Source: Hypanus sabinus
Taxonomy: Eukaryota
Assembly: GCF_030144855.1 (NCBI RefSeq)
Contig: NC_082715.1
Location: 34,782,001-34,846,000 of the forward strand
Direction of reading: 5' to 3'
DNA length: 64,000 nucleotides
Shown: positions 63,850 to 64,000 of the stretch, piece after piece
How the letters are laid out: every line of letters starts with the position of its first letter
How positions within the stretch are numbered: position 1 is the stretch's first letter
The notes under the pieces: model-generated
The model's database searches: none
Seen by the model: only the letters and a program-made list of their open reading frames with translations
What the model was told of the DNA's origin: nothing
Translations under genes and position numbers: made by a program

Positions 63850-64000
63850 GTGCTTAATGTAATGGTTTACAGTCACCCCCAGGTTCAGTTCCGCTACAAT
63901 CTGTAAGGAGTCTGCACATTCTCCTCATGGCCGTGTGTGTTTCCTCTGGGTGCTCTGGTTTCCTTCCGCATTCCAAAGATGTACAGGTTAGTAGTTTAAT
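63850..64000 (+). mobile_element. V-SINE fragment running off the window end
   Basis: ggtttccttccgcattccaaagatgtac core. Confidence 0.6.

Overview
Vertebrate nuclear DNA, most likely from an elasmobranch (shark or ray); this is inferred from the repeat landscape (CR1, Rex/Babar, V-SINE, Penelope-derived repeats) and not proven. Roughly half the window is decayed mobile elements. Two protein-coding genes are clearly recognisable, both on +. One is an INTRONLESS DNA-3-methyladenine glycosylase (MPG/AAG, 32830-33615), apparently away from its usual RHBDF1/NPRL3/alpha-globin neighbourhood. The other is FAM167A (coding exons 58202-58564 and 60955-61218, 208 aa). Other notable items: (1) a family of short Penelope-derived insertions carrying minimal type-I hammerhead ribozyme motifs, one with an intact core and a perfect 15-bp TSD (19669-19851); (2) frame-compatible candidate exons of an unrecognised small protein between a CpG-rich promoter (~25.4-25.9 kb) and MPG; (3) a nearly intact IR/DR Tc1 transposon; (4) a hAT element carrying two solo LTRs, each with its own TSD; (5) a 121-bp templated insertion at a LINE deletion; (6) a nested LINE cluster. 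Repeat boundaries are approximate unless TSDs or TIRs are given. No database search could be run.
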